Shown here in pieces: positions 1 to 9,354 of a stretch of DNA of 32,000 bases. The notes under the pieces were generated by a model. It had not been told where the DNA came from. It saw only the letters and a list, made by a program, of their open reading frames with translations, and ran no database searches. A program made the translations under genes and the position numbers. Location: NCBI RefSeq assembly GCF_051307035.1, contig NZ_CP195536.1, positions 2,730,001 through 2,762,000 of the forward strand, in the 5' to 3' direction. Origin of the DNA: Psychrobacter sp. DM4 (GTDB lineage Bacteria > Pseudomonadota > Gammaproteobacteria > Pseudomonadales > Moraxellaceae). Numbering within the stretch: position 1 is the stretch's first letter; every line of letters starts with the position of its first letter.

Positions 1-17
1 TTGCTCCTTTGACGAAT

Positions 18-1199
18 ATGGTCGACAAGATCTTTAGCTTTATTCCTAATATCTTGATCGCAGCGGTCGTCTTTGTGGTGGGTTATATCATTGCTAAAGT
101 CGTACGCGGTATCGTAACCAATCTTGTCTCTACTTTTGATGTACAAAAACTGGCGTCAAAAGCAGGTTTGAGCGAAGAGAACAGCCTACCTAACATCGCA
201 GGTTCTTTAGCGTTTTTAGTTGTCATCATCCCAACGATTATCGCTGCACTTAACGCGCTAAAAGTTGAAGTGATTGCTCGTCCAGCAACAAACATGTTGA
301 ACAAAATCATGGAAGCTTTGCCAAATATCTTTATGGCAGCAGCGATCTTGATCGTAACTTTCTATGTTATTCGCATGGTTGCTAACATCATCAAAGGGTT
401 AATCGAAAACACGCAGATTAATCAATTGCCAGCCAAAGTCGGTCTACAAGAGACAATGGGCGACAAGCGAGTATCTGACGTTGTAGGTTATGCAATTATC
501 TTCTTCGCTATGTTGTTCGCTGCTGTTGCCGCCGCTGACTTATTAGGCTTTGAGCCTATCTCAGCGATCATCACGATGTTCATCGCTTTTGGTGCCAACA
601 TCATCTTGGGCGCAATCATCCTATTCATCGGTTTTTGGCTTGCCAATATCATTGCCGGTGTCGTTGAGCGCTCTGAGCAAGGATCACAGTTTTTAGCAAA
701 TATCGTACGTGTATTGATTATGGGCTTAGTACTAGCCATGGGTCTAAAAGCGATGGGTATCGCTGACTCTATCGTCAACTTAGCATTCGGTCTAACGTTA
801 GGCGCGGTTGCGGTTGCCTTTGCCCTCTCATTTGGTCTTGGTGGTCAAGAAGCTGCTGCTCGCTTCTTACGTAAGATGCAAGACAAAATGGACAAAGAGC
901 GCGAACAAGCCAAAGCCAAATCAGCGCTTACGCCTAATCGTAGTACGCAAGACAAAGTAGCGGACGCGGTGCGCGAAAACACGCCAAGCGCTGCTACTGC
1001 TGATGCGACTAACACTACGGTTGCATCGACTACAGGTACTACTAATACAGCAACTTCTGCTACTGATTTTAGTACAGATACTGTTGATACTAGCAAGCTT
1101 GGGTCTGACTCTGTTGACACCACTGATGTCGAAAACAACACTCGTTCAAACTTGTTGTCTGATCAAGGTCTTAATAACCTAAACGATGACAACAAGTAA
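18..1199 (+). CDS. Multi-pass membrane protein of the conserved-TM-helix-repeat type (CmpX-like putative mechanosensitive channel) with a Thr/Ser/Asp-rich C-terminal tail
   Basis: Long ORF (track 9..1199 from TTG; the first ATG is at 18). It has repeated hydrophobic helices separated by short charged loops. The last ~95 aa are low complexity (T/S/D/N rich). A strong terminator follows. The family call is from overall architecture only. Confidence 0.65.
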   Translation: MVDKIFSFIPNILIAAVVFVVGYIIAKVVRGIVTNLVSTFDVQKLASKAGLSEENSLPNIAGSLAFLVVIIPTIIAALNALKVEVIARPATNMLNKIMEALPNIFMAAAILIVTFYVIRMVANIIKGLIENTQINQLPAKVGLQETMGDKRVSDVVGYAIIFFAMLFAAVAAADLLGFEPISAIITMFIAFGANIILGAIILFIGFWLANIIAGVVERSEQGSQFLANIVRVLIMGLVLAMGLKAMGIADSIVNLAFGLTLGAVAVAFALSFGLGGQEAAARFLRKMQDKMDKEREQAKAKSALTPNRSTQDKVADAVRENTPSAATADATNTTVASTTGTTNTATSATDFSTDTVDTSKLGSDSVDTTDVENNTRSNLLSDQGLNNLNDDNK

Positions 1200-1222
1200 G
1201 ATTGACTAATTTAAAGTAAAAA

Positions 1223-1247
1223 AGACAGCCTAGGCTGTCTTTTTTTT
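1223..1247 (+). terminator. Rho-independent terminator
   Basis: AGACAGCC-TA-GGCTGTCT inverted repeat, followed by a T run (TTTTTTT) immediately after the stop at 1199. Confidence 0.8.
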
Positions 1248-1320
1248 GGTGACTGTTTTGAGAACTATTTTGAGAGTAGCGTTTAGAAAACATAGACAAG
1301 TGATTGTTTACTGTCTCAAA

Positions 1321-2835
1321 CTAGGGTTTGTCCTTACGGGCTGGAATAGAGAGATTCAATTGCATACTAGGTAGCGTTTTGAGCTTATCTCTTGGGCTTA
1401 GCTGAGTATTTTCACTACCCAAAGGAGTCGGTAATTCAGGCTCAGACGCATCTTTGCTATGAGTTTGGCGTGTCGTTGAAGGCTGATTGCTCTCTTCTTG
1501 CTCAAGAATTTTTGGTTTAAGATTTTGAATCTGTTTGGTCAGTTGTCGCTCTTTTTGGGTAGTCGCATCAATAGGCTGTATCCATAGATCAATATCCATA
1601 AAAGTGTCTTCGTTTTCAGTAATAAAATCGATACCTAGTACGATGACATGATGTAGCTCTGCGAGTGGCAACCGTGTTGCCACTTCTAGTGCGATGTCTC
1701 CAAGCTTAGGTTGAATCACTGCTTTGATCTGCTGTCCGCCTTCAACTTCACCATAAAATATCAGAACATAATGTCGACCCAAATGCTCGTATGAATGCTG
1801 ATGCACGACGTAACCACTTCGTTTAAGCGCTTGGTCTTGTTTGGGATGCCTATACAAGGTACGAACCAACTCATGACGCGAAAACAACGACTCATCCAAT
1901 AATTGTTTTTGCCATTGTATAGACCTTGGTTCTAGACGATAGCCTCTTTTGTCAGTTGACGGTTTGGCATCAACCGTCATTAGCATCTGCATGATGAGCT
2001 GTGACCATAGGGTCGCAGCTTGCTGCATATGACCTCGATACATAGGCAATGTCTTACTTTTGGTTTTTTGCGCAAGCTTCATACTGATCAGCGCTGAGTT
2101 GGGCTTGTCTTGCATGTCATAATTTATTAAAGCATTGTCAATAGCGATGGCTTGCGTGAACAAAATATCATCACTCATAAAGTTATCGAGTACTTTTTGC
2201 TCTGAATCAAAATCTACAGTGTCATCTAGCGCTGAGCGTTGCATATGTGCCAGATAGTAATTCAAAAATCGCCATAGCTCACAAGGAGTCTGTAACGTTG
2301 ATACCATAGCGTACCAGTCCTGCTGACTAAAAACTTGTAACTGCTGGACATCTTCGCTCATATCGACAACTAAATCCTCCATGAAGTAGCGCGCGCCAAA
2401 ACTGTGCTCAAAAGAGGTCTTCTGATGAGTCTGCATGCTTTGAAGATCTGTTGCATTAGCATGGTCGTCATGAGTATAAAGCTGAATATCAAAAGTTAGT
2501 AAATTATGACTGTCTAAACTATCATCAGTAGATTGCATCAAAAATAGCTTATGCCATACCAAGGCAGCTTTTATCATAGCCATGCGCTTGCTTTTGATCA
2601 CACTGACACGGCTTTGTAGGGGCAAATACAGAGTAAGCTCTACTACATTCATTTTGCCTAATGGCAACTGATAGCGGTGTAGCACAGCGTGATAAGGCAC
2701 GGTATCCACTTCGGTAACAGGTAGGGTAATCTCAACAGGCTTAGCCGCCAAATAACAGAGCAGATCTTTGGCCAAAGATGGACGTTTAAGTAGTGGGTTT
2801 TTAGACAAAATAAGACCCTTATAATAGTAGATCAA
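1321..2835 (-). CDS. Hypothetical protein, 504 aa, no recognisable domain
   Basis: Uninterrupted 1.5 kb ORF with host-like composition. The track start is TTG, so the true start is uncertain (an internal Met lies at residue 62). I could identify no catalytic or nucleotide-binding motif. The C-terminal ~60 aa are polar and disordered-looking. Confidence 0.55.
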   Translation of the reverse strand: MIYYYKGLILSKNPLLKRPSLAKDLLCYLAAKPVEITLPVTEVDTVPYHAVLHRYQLPLGKMNVVELTLYLPLQSRVSVIKSKRMAMIKAALVWHKLFLMQSTDDSLDSHNLLTFDIQLYTHDDHANATDLQSMQTHQKTSFEHSFGARYFMEDLVVDMSEDVQQLQVFSQQDWYAMVSTLQTPCELWRFLNYYLAHMQRSALDDTVDFDSEQKVLDNFMSDDILFTQAIAIDNALINYDMQDKPNSALISMKLAQKTKSKTLPMYRGHMQQAATLWSQLIMQMLMTVDAKPSTDKRGYRLEPRSIQWQKQLLDESLFSRHELVRTLYRHPKQDQALKRSGYVVHQHSYEHLGRHYVLIFYGEVEGGQQIKAVIQPKLGDIALEVATRLPLAELHHVIVLGIDFITENEDTFMDIDLWIQPIDATTQKERQLTKQIQNLKPKILEQEESNQPSTTRQTHSKDASEPELPTPLGSENTQLSPRDKLKTLPSMQLNLSIPARKDKP

Positions 2836-3122
2836 AATGACTGATGGTAAGCACTCTTGGTAGTCAGTACAACTGTTTTGCTGCCTTGTACTAGAAGTAT
2901 ATTATGGCAAAAAACACTATACATAAGAACCATTATACATAGTCGCTTTCAGAGCAATGACTTGCTATGATGAACAAAAATGACTGTGCACCACGCAGCA
3001 ATACTTTCGATATAACAGTCTTGATATAACCATATGGCTTGATACAACAGTCTTGGTAAACCCTTTATACTTATAAATAATAGTACTGACTTATCTGCTC
3101 ATCATAACAAGGATTTTAGATT

Positions 3123-3905
3123 ATGAAACGTTTTAAAGAAAAAACCGTCATCGTAACTGGCGCAGGCTCTGGTATGGGTCGAGCGACGGCTATCCGTTTC
3201 GCCAACGAAGGCGCCAGCGTTGTTCTAGTGGGGCGTACCGCTGAGACTTTAGAGAAGACAGCAGAAGAGTTTCCACAAGATAATACCTGGATTCATTCAG
3301 ATAACTATATGGTTATCATCTGCGATATTAGCGATCAAAGCCAAGTGCAAGAGATGGTAAAACGTACGATAGATAAGTTTGGACAGCTAGATATCTTAGT
3401 GAACAACGCGGGTAAAGCGACTTCAGGTAAAATTACAGAGCTCTCAGCAGAGGAATGGCAGTCATCAATTAATGTCAATTTAAACGGCACTTTTTATGTC
3501 TGTAAAGCCGCTATGCCGCATCTCATCAAGACAAAAGGCAACATCATCAATGTCTCATCGCTATCTGGTATGGGTGGCGACTGGAACATGGCAGCCTACA
3601 ATGCTGCCAAAGCTGGCGTGACCAACTTAACTCGTACATTAGCACTCGATCATGGCCCTGACGGTGTACGTGTCAATGCGGTCAATCCTAGTGTCACTAA
3701 GACAGGTATGACCAGCGCTATCCAAAACAGTGATGATAAGACCAATCAGTTTTTGGCACGTTGTCCATTAGGCCGGCTAGCAACACCTGAAGATATTGCA
3801 GGTGCCATTACCTTTTTGGCAAGTGAAGATGCATCAATGATTACTGGCGTTAACTTGCCAGTCGATGGCGGCGTTAGTGCTTCAAATGGACAACCGCACT
3901 TTTGA
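3123..3905 (+). CDS. Short-chain dehydrogenase/reductase (FabG-like SDR oxidoreductase)
   Basis: Classical SDR motifs are present: TGAGSGMG (TGxxxGxG cofactor site), NNAG, a catalytic Ser and YNAAK (YxxxK). An AAGGA Shine-Dalgarno lies upstream of the ATG. Confidence 0.9.
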   Translation: MKRFKEKTVIVTGAGSGMGRATAIRFANEGASVVLVGRTAETLEKTAEEFPQDNTWIHSDNYMVIICDISDQSQVQEMVKRTIDKFGQLDILVNNAGKATSGKITELSAEEWQSSINVNLNGTFYVCKAAMPHLIKTKGNIINVSSLSGMGGDWNMAAYNAAKAGVTNLTRTLALDHGPDGVRVNAVNPSVTKTGMTSAIQNSDDKTNQFLARCPLGRLATPEDIAGAITFLASEDASMITGVNLPVDGGVSASNGQPHF

Positions 3906-3986
3906 CAAAGTAAGTCGATAAGCAACTGATAGTGTCAAAAATCACAGTATCAGAGCTTATTATTTAGAATATACAGAGTCAAAAAA

Positions 3987-4013
3987 AGATAGCATCGATC
4001 GGTGCTATCTTTT
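3987..4013. terminator. Bidirectional rho-independent terminator between convergent genes
   Basis: AGATAGCA-(8 nt loop)-TGCTATCT stem, preceded by an A run and followed by TTT. It lies between the SDR stop (3905) and the acyltransferase stop (4025). Confidence 0.7.
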
Positions 4014-4024
4014 AGTTTTAAGGG

Positions 4025-4696
4025 TTATAAATCTTCGTTATTCACATCTTGTAGCGGCTTAGACAAGCGTTCAGGATGTCTTGGCATAACCCCTCGATAC
4101 TGCTCATATATCTTTGGCAGATCAGCGTCGATATCTCCGGTGGGATATACAGGAGACAAGAATCGAACTTGTTTTGTCTTATAATCTAACGCTACCGGTA
4201 GAATTGGTACATTAGCGCCTAGTGCCAAATAATAAAACCCTGTTTTCCATTTATCCGTATAATCGCGCGTACCCTCTGGTGATAAACCCAAAAACAACGG
4301 CTCGCCACTTTTAAACTTGTCGATGCTCGCTTGCAAAACGGAGCCTTTATTGCTGCGGTCGATAGGGATAATACCCATCCAGCGTAATAGTTGCGCCAAT
4401 ACTGGTACTTTAAATAAAGTGTGCTTGCCCATAATGCTGATTTTTATATCTAGTGCAAACAGATTAGGCAGGGCATAGACACCGTCGACATTGGACGTGT
4501 GCGGCAGTGCCAACACCACTGCTTGTGAGATATCGGGAATCTCACCAACCGTACGCCACCCCATAGCATTTGTTAATGCTGAAGCAATAACTGGCGTTAA
4601 CTTATTGCCACGTTTAGGGATTTTACTACCCAAGTCCTGCCGACTCAGTTTCGGTAACTTGGTAGATTTTTTTGGCTTTGATGGGTCAGATTTCAT
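4025..4696 (-). CDS. Lysophospholipid (1-acyl-sn-glycerol-3-phosphate) acyltransferase family protein
   Basis: PlsC-family block I HTSNVD (HxxxxD) and block III SPEGTR (PEGTR) motifs. Confidence 0.85.
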   Translation of the reverse strand: MKSDPSKPKKSTKLPKLSRQDLGSKIPKRGNKLTPVIASALTNAMGWRTVGEIPDISQAVVLALPHTSNVDGVYALPNLFALDIKISIMGKHTLFKVPVLAQLLRWMGIIPIDRSNKGSVLQASIDKFKSGEPLFLGLSPEGTRDYTDKWKTGFYYLALGANVPILPVALDYKTKQVRFLSPVYPTGDIDADLPKIYEQYRGVMPRHPERLSKPLQDVNNEDL

Positions 4697-4812
4697 GAGG
4701 GCACCGCATAATAAAGAATAGACTCATCATACCATTAACCCAAGACTACCGAGCCGACTTTTATAGACACTTATCACCGCAAAGCTGACCTAAAAACGAC
4801 TCATGACGGCTA

Positions 4813-6702
4813 CTAAACGGGGATATCTGCTAAGTTGCCTTTGTCCTCAAGCCACACTTTGCGATCAGAAGAGCGTTTTTTGGCGAGTAGCATGTCCATA
4901 ATACTATTGGTCAATGCCATATCGTCCATATCGAGCTGTACTAGACGACGCGTATCACGGTTCATAGTAGTCTCACGTAACTGTTCGGCACTCATTTCAC
5001 CTAAACCTTTAAAGCGGGTAATCTGCGCCTTTTTATTGCCCGGCACGCCTGCCAAGATATGCTGAAGCTCAGGCTCATCGAGCGCGTAATGCACATCTTT
5101 ACCGACATCAACGCGATATAGTGGCGGCATCGCTACAAATAGATGACCAGCGTCTACCAAAGCTGGAAAATGCTTCACAAACAAAGCGCAGATCAAAGTG
5201 GCGATGTGTAAACCATCAGAGTCGGCATCGGCTAGAATACAAACCTTATCATAACGCAGCTCAGAGAGATCATCAGAGGCAGGATCAACACCGATAGCGA
5301 TAGCAATGTCATGAATCTCTTGGCTCGATAGTACAGTGTCGGAGGACACCTCCCACGTGTTCAGAATCTTACCACGCAGTGGCAGTATCGCCTGATAGTG
5401 ACGATCGCGCGCTTGCTTCGCACTACCGCCAGCAGAGTCACCCTCTACCAAGAACAGCTCTGCCCCATCCCGCAAATCACCACGACAATCAGCCAGTTTC
5501 CCTGGCAAGGCTGGACCTTGAGTGATCTTTTTACGGGCGACTTTTTTGGCAGACTTTAGGCGACGTCCTGCTTTGTTAATGGCCAGCTCTGCAATCTGCG
5601 CACCTAAGTCTGCGTGCTGATTGAGCCACAAGCTAAAAGCATCTTTGGCAAGCGTTTGTACCGCGCCAGCCGCTTCTCGGCTCGATAGCCGCTCTTTGGT
5701 CTGACCTGAGAACTGCGGCTCAGAAAATTTGAGCGATAGAATATAATTAATACCGTCCCACACATCTTCGCCTGTGAGTTTGACATTACGTGGCAATAAG
5801 TTATGAATGTCGCAAAACTCGCGCAGCGCCTCCAAAATACCCGTACGCAAGCCATTGACGTGCGTGCCGCCTTGCGCCGTTGGAATGAGATTGACGTAGC
5901 TCTCTTGAATCGGCGTACCACCCTCAGGCAACCAAGATAACGCAAAGGTAATAGCAGCACGTTCGCCGTTCTGGGCGTCATGATTATAATAAAAAGGTAT
6001 AGACGGCAGCGTCTCTAGACCATCTAGCTGCTCGGTCAGATACTCAACGACACCGTCAGTGAACTGCCAAACGATTTTTTCATTATTGATGCTATCAGTA
6101 AATTCGATAGTCAGACCTGCTGCCAATACCGCTTTTGCCTTTAGGTTATGCTTGAGCTGCTTTACATTGAACTTCGGCGTATCAAAGAAGCTACCATCGA
6201 CCCAGAACCGCACTCTAGTACCGCGTTTACGCTTATTCGGACTAACTGATTCGACTAACTGGGTTACTGGCGCGCCATTCTCTAACGCCATATCAAATTG
6301 AGTCGCATCACGCCAAACGGTGACTTCAACGCGAGTAGATAATGCATTCACAACCGAAATACCGACGCCATGCAAGCCACCTGAGACCTCATAGTTGGAG
6401 GTAGAGAACTTACCGCCCGCATGCAGGCGCGTCAAAATAAGCTCAATGCCCGTCTGATTGAATTCAGGGTGTACGTCAGTCGGCATACCACGGCCATCAT
6501 CTTCTACAGATAACGAGCCGTCTTCATGCAATTGAACTTTGATGGTTTTGGCAAAGCCTGCCAATGCCTCATCGACCGAATTATCGATGACTTCCTGCGC
6601 CAAATGGTTGGGACGCGTGGTGTCGGTATACATACCAGGACGACGACGTACGGGTTCAAGACCTTCTAATACTTCTAACGATTGCGCATTATATTGACTC
6701 AC
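4813..6702 (-). CDS. parE: DNA topoisomerase IV subunit B
   Basis: 629 aa with a GVG (GHKL ATPase) region, an EGDSAGG Toprim motif and a PLRGKILN motif. The N-terminus (SLEVLEGLEPVRRRPGMY) and the length are typical of ParE rather than GyrB. GTG start with an AAGGA Shine-Dalgarno. yqiA-like/parE synteny matches E. coli. Confidence 0.95.
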   Translation of the reverse strand: MSQYNAQSLEVLEGLEPVRRRPGMYTDTTRPNHLAQEVIDNSVDEALAGFAKTIKVQLHEDGSLSVEDDGRGMPTDVHPEFNQTGIELILTRLHAGGKFSTSNYEVSGGLHGVGISVVNALSTRVEVTVWRDATQFDMALENGAPVTQLVESVSPNKRKRGTRVRFWVDGSFFDTPKFNVKQLKHNLKAKAVLAAGLTIEFTDSINNEKIVWQFTDGVVEYLTEQLDGLETLPSIPFYYNHDAQNGERAAITFALSWLPEGGTPIQESYVNLIPTAQGGTHVNGLRTGILEALREFCDIHNLLPRNVKLTGEDVWDGINYILSLKFSEPQFSGQTKERLSSREAAGAVQTLAKDAFSLWLNQHADLGAQIAELAINKAGRRLKSAKKVARKKITQGPALPGKLADCRGDLRDGAELFLVEGDSAGGSAKQARDRHYQAILPLRGKILNTWEVSSDTVLSSQEIHDIAIAIGVDPASDDLSELRYDKVCILADADSDGLHIATLICALFVKHFPALVDAGHLFVAMPPLYRVDVGKDVHYALDEPELQHILAGVPGNKKAQITRFKGLGEMSAEQLRETTMNRDTRRLVQLDMDDMALTNSIMDMLLAKKRSSDRKVWLEDKGNLADIPV

Positions 6703-6842
6703 AAATGCATCCTTTATTATTCGTATATGATTAATTCTATTGTTCTATTATAACCAAAAATAGAGCGCTAAAGGCCTATAGTTATGAGCTTGCGTCAGAT
6801 AATGTCGTCTATTACTACTATCAGTCAAGCGAGCTGAAATCA

Positions 6843-7463
6843 TTACAATTGCTTCAACGTTTCAATAACTAATGGTAAGTGTTTAGAGAAGTCACTAAAG
6901 CGATGATCACCGCCTTGTTGAATAGTTACCGTTGCGCCTTGCTGACGATAGAACGCTGCTGATAAATTAGCATCGAGTAATTCATCGCTTTGTTTGAGCA
7001 TCACCGCCACTTGGCTTGGATTGTCCACAGTCAGTAGTTGATGATCGGCAAACCATTGCAAATCTGCTTTGGTAACGGCCCAACCACCTGACGTCGTATG
7101 TAGCACCTTTTGATTACCATCATCGGTCTTCAAAGTATCAGCCCCTTTATCTTCTTCAAAGCGCTGCAAGGTAATATGTGGCTGCATACTTGGATTGATG
7201 AGTAGCGCAGGACAACCCGTCTCGTTGCTCACTAGAGTAGAGAAATAACCACCCAATGAGCTACCGACTAGCACGACTTTATCATTACCGCTTACGCTAT
7301 TTATCATACTTACCAATTTATCAAATACTACTTGCGGTGATTGATTTAGATCAGGACGATGAATAGTGATATCAGGATGATGCTTTTCGCAGTAGCCTTC
7401 TAGCAAGAGACCTTTGGTAGAATTGGCATCGCTATCTAAGCCATGGACATAAATCACATTCAT
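6843..7463 (-). CDS. yqiA: YqiA-like alpha/beta-hydrolase esterase
   Basis: Starts MNVIYVHGL like E. coli YqiA (LLYLHGF), has the nucleophile elbow GSSLGGYF, and lies upstream of parE as in enterics. The ORF track extends to 7484; I chose the third ATG by homology, so the start is uncertain. Confidence 0.75.
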   Translation of the reverse strand: MNVIYVHGLDSDANSTKGLLLEGYCEKHHPDITIHRPDLNQSPQVVFDKLVSMINSVSGNDKVVLVGSSLGGYFSTLVSNETGCPALLINPSMQPHITLQRFEEDKGADTLKTDDGNQKVLHTTSGGWAVTKADLQWFADHQLLTVDNPSQVAVMLKQSDELLDANLSAAFYRQQGATVTIQQGGDHRFSDFSKHLPLVIETLKQL

Positions 7464-7656
7464 AACTGGTCTCATCCCTATCATTCGTTATACTATAAAA
7501 CTAAAATATCAAAATTATAAGCTGAGCATAGCATGAGCTGAGCGTCACGAGTAATGACAAACAAGCATATTACTAGTCACTTGCTAATAACTTGTTAGCT
7601 ATTGATAAAATTATTATTATGAAATAACAAATGACATCACTAATTAAGGAGGCGCT

Positions 7657-7917
7657 ATGACTCAACAGATTGAACTGTTTGACATTGCCAATCCCTGCGT
7701 TAGTGTGTGCGAGGTCAATAAAAAGGGCTATTGCTTCGGCTGCCTGCGCAGTCGTACTGAGCGTCAACTATGGCTAAGCATGAGTACGGAGCAGCGTCGT
7801 GAGGTATTAAGGCTAATCGTAGGACGTAAGCAGCGTATCGAGCAGATGCGACTGCTTAAAGGGCAACAGTTAGGCTTTGATTTTGAGGTAGTGGTCGAGG
7901 CTGGGGAGTTGTTTTAG
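7657..7917 (+). CDS. DUF1289-type small cysteine-rich protein (YdhL-like)
   Basis: N-terminal NPCVSVCEVNKKGYCFGCLRSRTE matches the Cys-x3-Cys...Cys-x2-Cys DUF1289 pattern. A strong AAGGAGG Shine-Dalgarno lies 7 nt upstream. Confidence 0.8.
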   Translation: MTQQIELFDIANPCVSVCEVNKKGYCFGCLRSRTERQLWLSMSTEQRREVLRLIVGRKQRIEQMRLLKGQQLGFDFEVVVEAGELF

Positions 7918-8154
7918 ATATGTAGACTTAAATAATCTACTAATAACTTAGTAGTTATCTTGGCTAGCTCAACTGTATTCAGTAATTTAGGCGTGTTAGC
8001 TAAAATACTAGGTTTAAGTGCTTTTAAAATAAAACTTTGCTTACAACATTTATTAAAGTGCTAACAGTACGCAGCGAACTTTTATCAAAAAGTGTAGCGT
8101 AGTCAAATGATAGCAAATAAATATAGCTCAGAATTGAGTTCTAGTTCAATTCGC

Positions 8155-9354
8155 TTATTGAGAAACTCTCCCAATCCACTCGTTATATATAAAATCAATC
8201 AAAAACTTCAACTTCTCGTAATCATAATTACCATTGTTATGATTGAACTTTAGGAACTTTCTTGTATGTCTATCTTTATCAATCAATTCACCTTGATAAG
8301 CATCCAATGATTTATTATATGAAGTCCATCTAATACAAGATTCCGTACTGTCAATGACTGAATGATCTAAGAAACATTCAATGGCTACAGCTGTACCGTT
8401 AATATTTTCGAAGCTTTCACCTTGTGGACCTATTGTCTTATAAGATTCAAAAGATGCGTGATTTGGTAGCTTGATAATATGCATATTGGATGGAACATCC
8501 ATTTCACTTAGCTGATTGTATTTAGCCACACCTGCTACGTCATTATCAAATATAACTAAAACATTTTTTTCAATGCCAATACTTATAAGCCCTTTACAGA
8601 AGTTATAAAGGTTCCCATCTCCCGTAAATGGATAATTATCCTCCATGTCGATAAATTTGAAAAAATCAGAGATATCTAAATATAATAACTGTATGGCTTT
8701 CTTTAGTATGTGAGTATCTGACGAACCTTCTGTAACAAATAAAATTTCCTGACCTACACCTACTTTTTCAAAAATTTCATCTCTACGAACCCAGCCATTA
8801 TTGACTATATCAGCATAACTCCAAAAAACATCAAGATCATTATTAGCCTGATTTTCAGCTAAAATACGTAATGTAATATAAGGATCAATATTCTCAAAGA
8901 CCAATCCAATATCTTTATCTACTATCTCTGACAAATTATGTATTTTATTAAATTCTGAGTGTTTAAATAAGTACTTGGAAAGGAACTCTCCAGGGTTATA
9001 ATCTTCCCACTCATCACCAAGCGTCATTTTAGAAATATCTAAATTAGATATAATTGAGTAGAAATCGTCAAATGGTAGAGGTATATCAGGATAATACTCT
9101 GGAACTTCATTTAAATGATCTTCATACTGCTTTTTAAGAGAATCTAGATTGTAGCCAAGAAGGTCTAAACGTCTTTTTGTTGATCCAAGTTTTCGACTTA
9201 AGCCTTCTTTATATTCAATAATATTATCCGAATAATAATAAGGGATATCTTTTACATCACTGAGCTGAAATAAAGAGCCATGATCGCTGTAATAGTTATT
9301 TTTACCCCAATCTAATTCTAGTTTCCCAATACCAAATGAAACCATTGAACCCAT
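8155..9354 (-). CDS. Orphan Toprim-domain (OLD/DUF4435-like) protein with an uncharacterised N-terminal domain; candidate single-gene defence nuclease
   Basis: 399-aa ORF in a conspicuously AT-rich stretch. Hand counts of two 60-nt lines gave about 32-35% G+C; one parE line was 60%, and flanking genes looked mid-40s by eye (not counted). The C-terminal half carries ILFVTEGSSDTHILKKAI (Glu209, codon 8728-8730) and VLVIFDNDVAG (Asp270-Asn-Asp272, 8539-8547). This is the acidic Glu plus DxD arrangement of Toprim. A GAGGAA Shine-Dalgarno precedes the ATG. There is no Walker A motif. Confidence 0.6.
   Translation of the reverse strand: MGSMVSFGIGKLELDWGKNNYYSDHGSLFQLSDVKDIPYYYSDNIIEYKEGLSRKLGSTKRRLDLLGYNLDSLKKQYEDHLNEVPEYYPDIPLPFDDFYSIISNLDISKMTLGDEWEDYNPGEFLSKYLFKHSEFNKIHNLSEIVDKDIGLVFENIDPYITLRILAENQANNDLDVFWSYADIVNNGWVRRDEIFEKVGVGQEILFVTEGSSDTHILKKAIQLLYLDISDFFKFIDMEDNYPFTGDGNLYNFCKGLISIGIEKNVLVIFDNDVAGVAKYNQLSEMDVPSNMHIIKLPNHASFESYKTIGPQGESFENINGTAVAIECFLDHSVIDSTESCIRWTSYNKSLDAYQGELIDKDRHTRKFLKFNHNNGNYDYEKLKFLIDFIYNEWIGRVSQ

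Noticed and set aside
83-1141. Antisense ORFs inside the first membrane-protein gene (83..310, 488..778, 845..1141).
   Set aside because: They are fully nested antisense to a well-supported gene and have biased composition mirroring the sense strand.
4002-6301. ORFs overlapping or antisense to the acyltransferase and parE genes (4002..4184, 4491..4721, 4835..5065, 5604..5981, 6059..6301).
   Set aside because: They are nested within or antisense to strongly homology-supported genes and have no start signals.
7573-7767. 64-aa minus-strand ORF overlapping the start of the DUF1289 gene.
   Set aside because: It overlaps a gene with a strong Shine-Dalgarno and family motif, and the ORF itself has no recognisable features.
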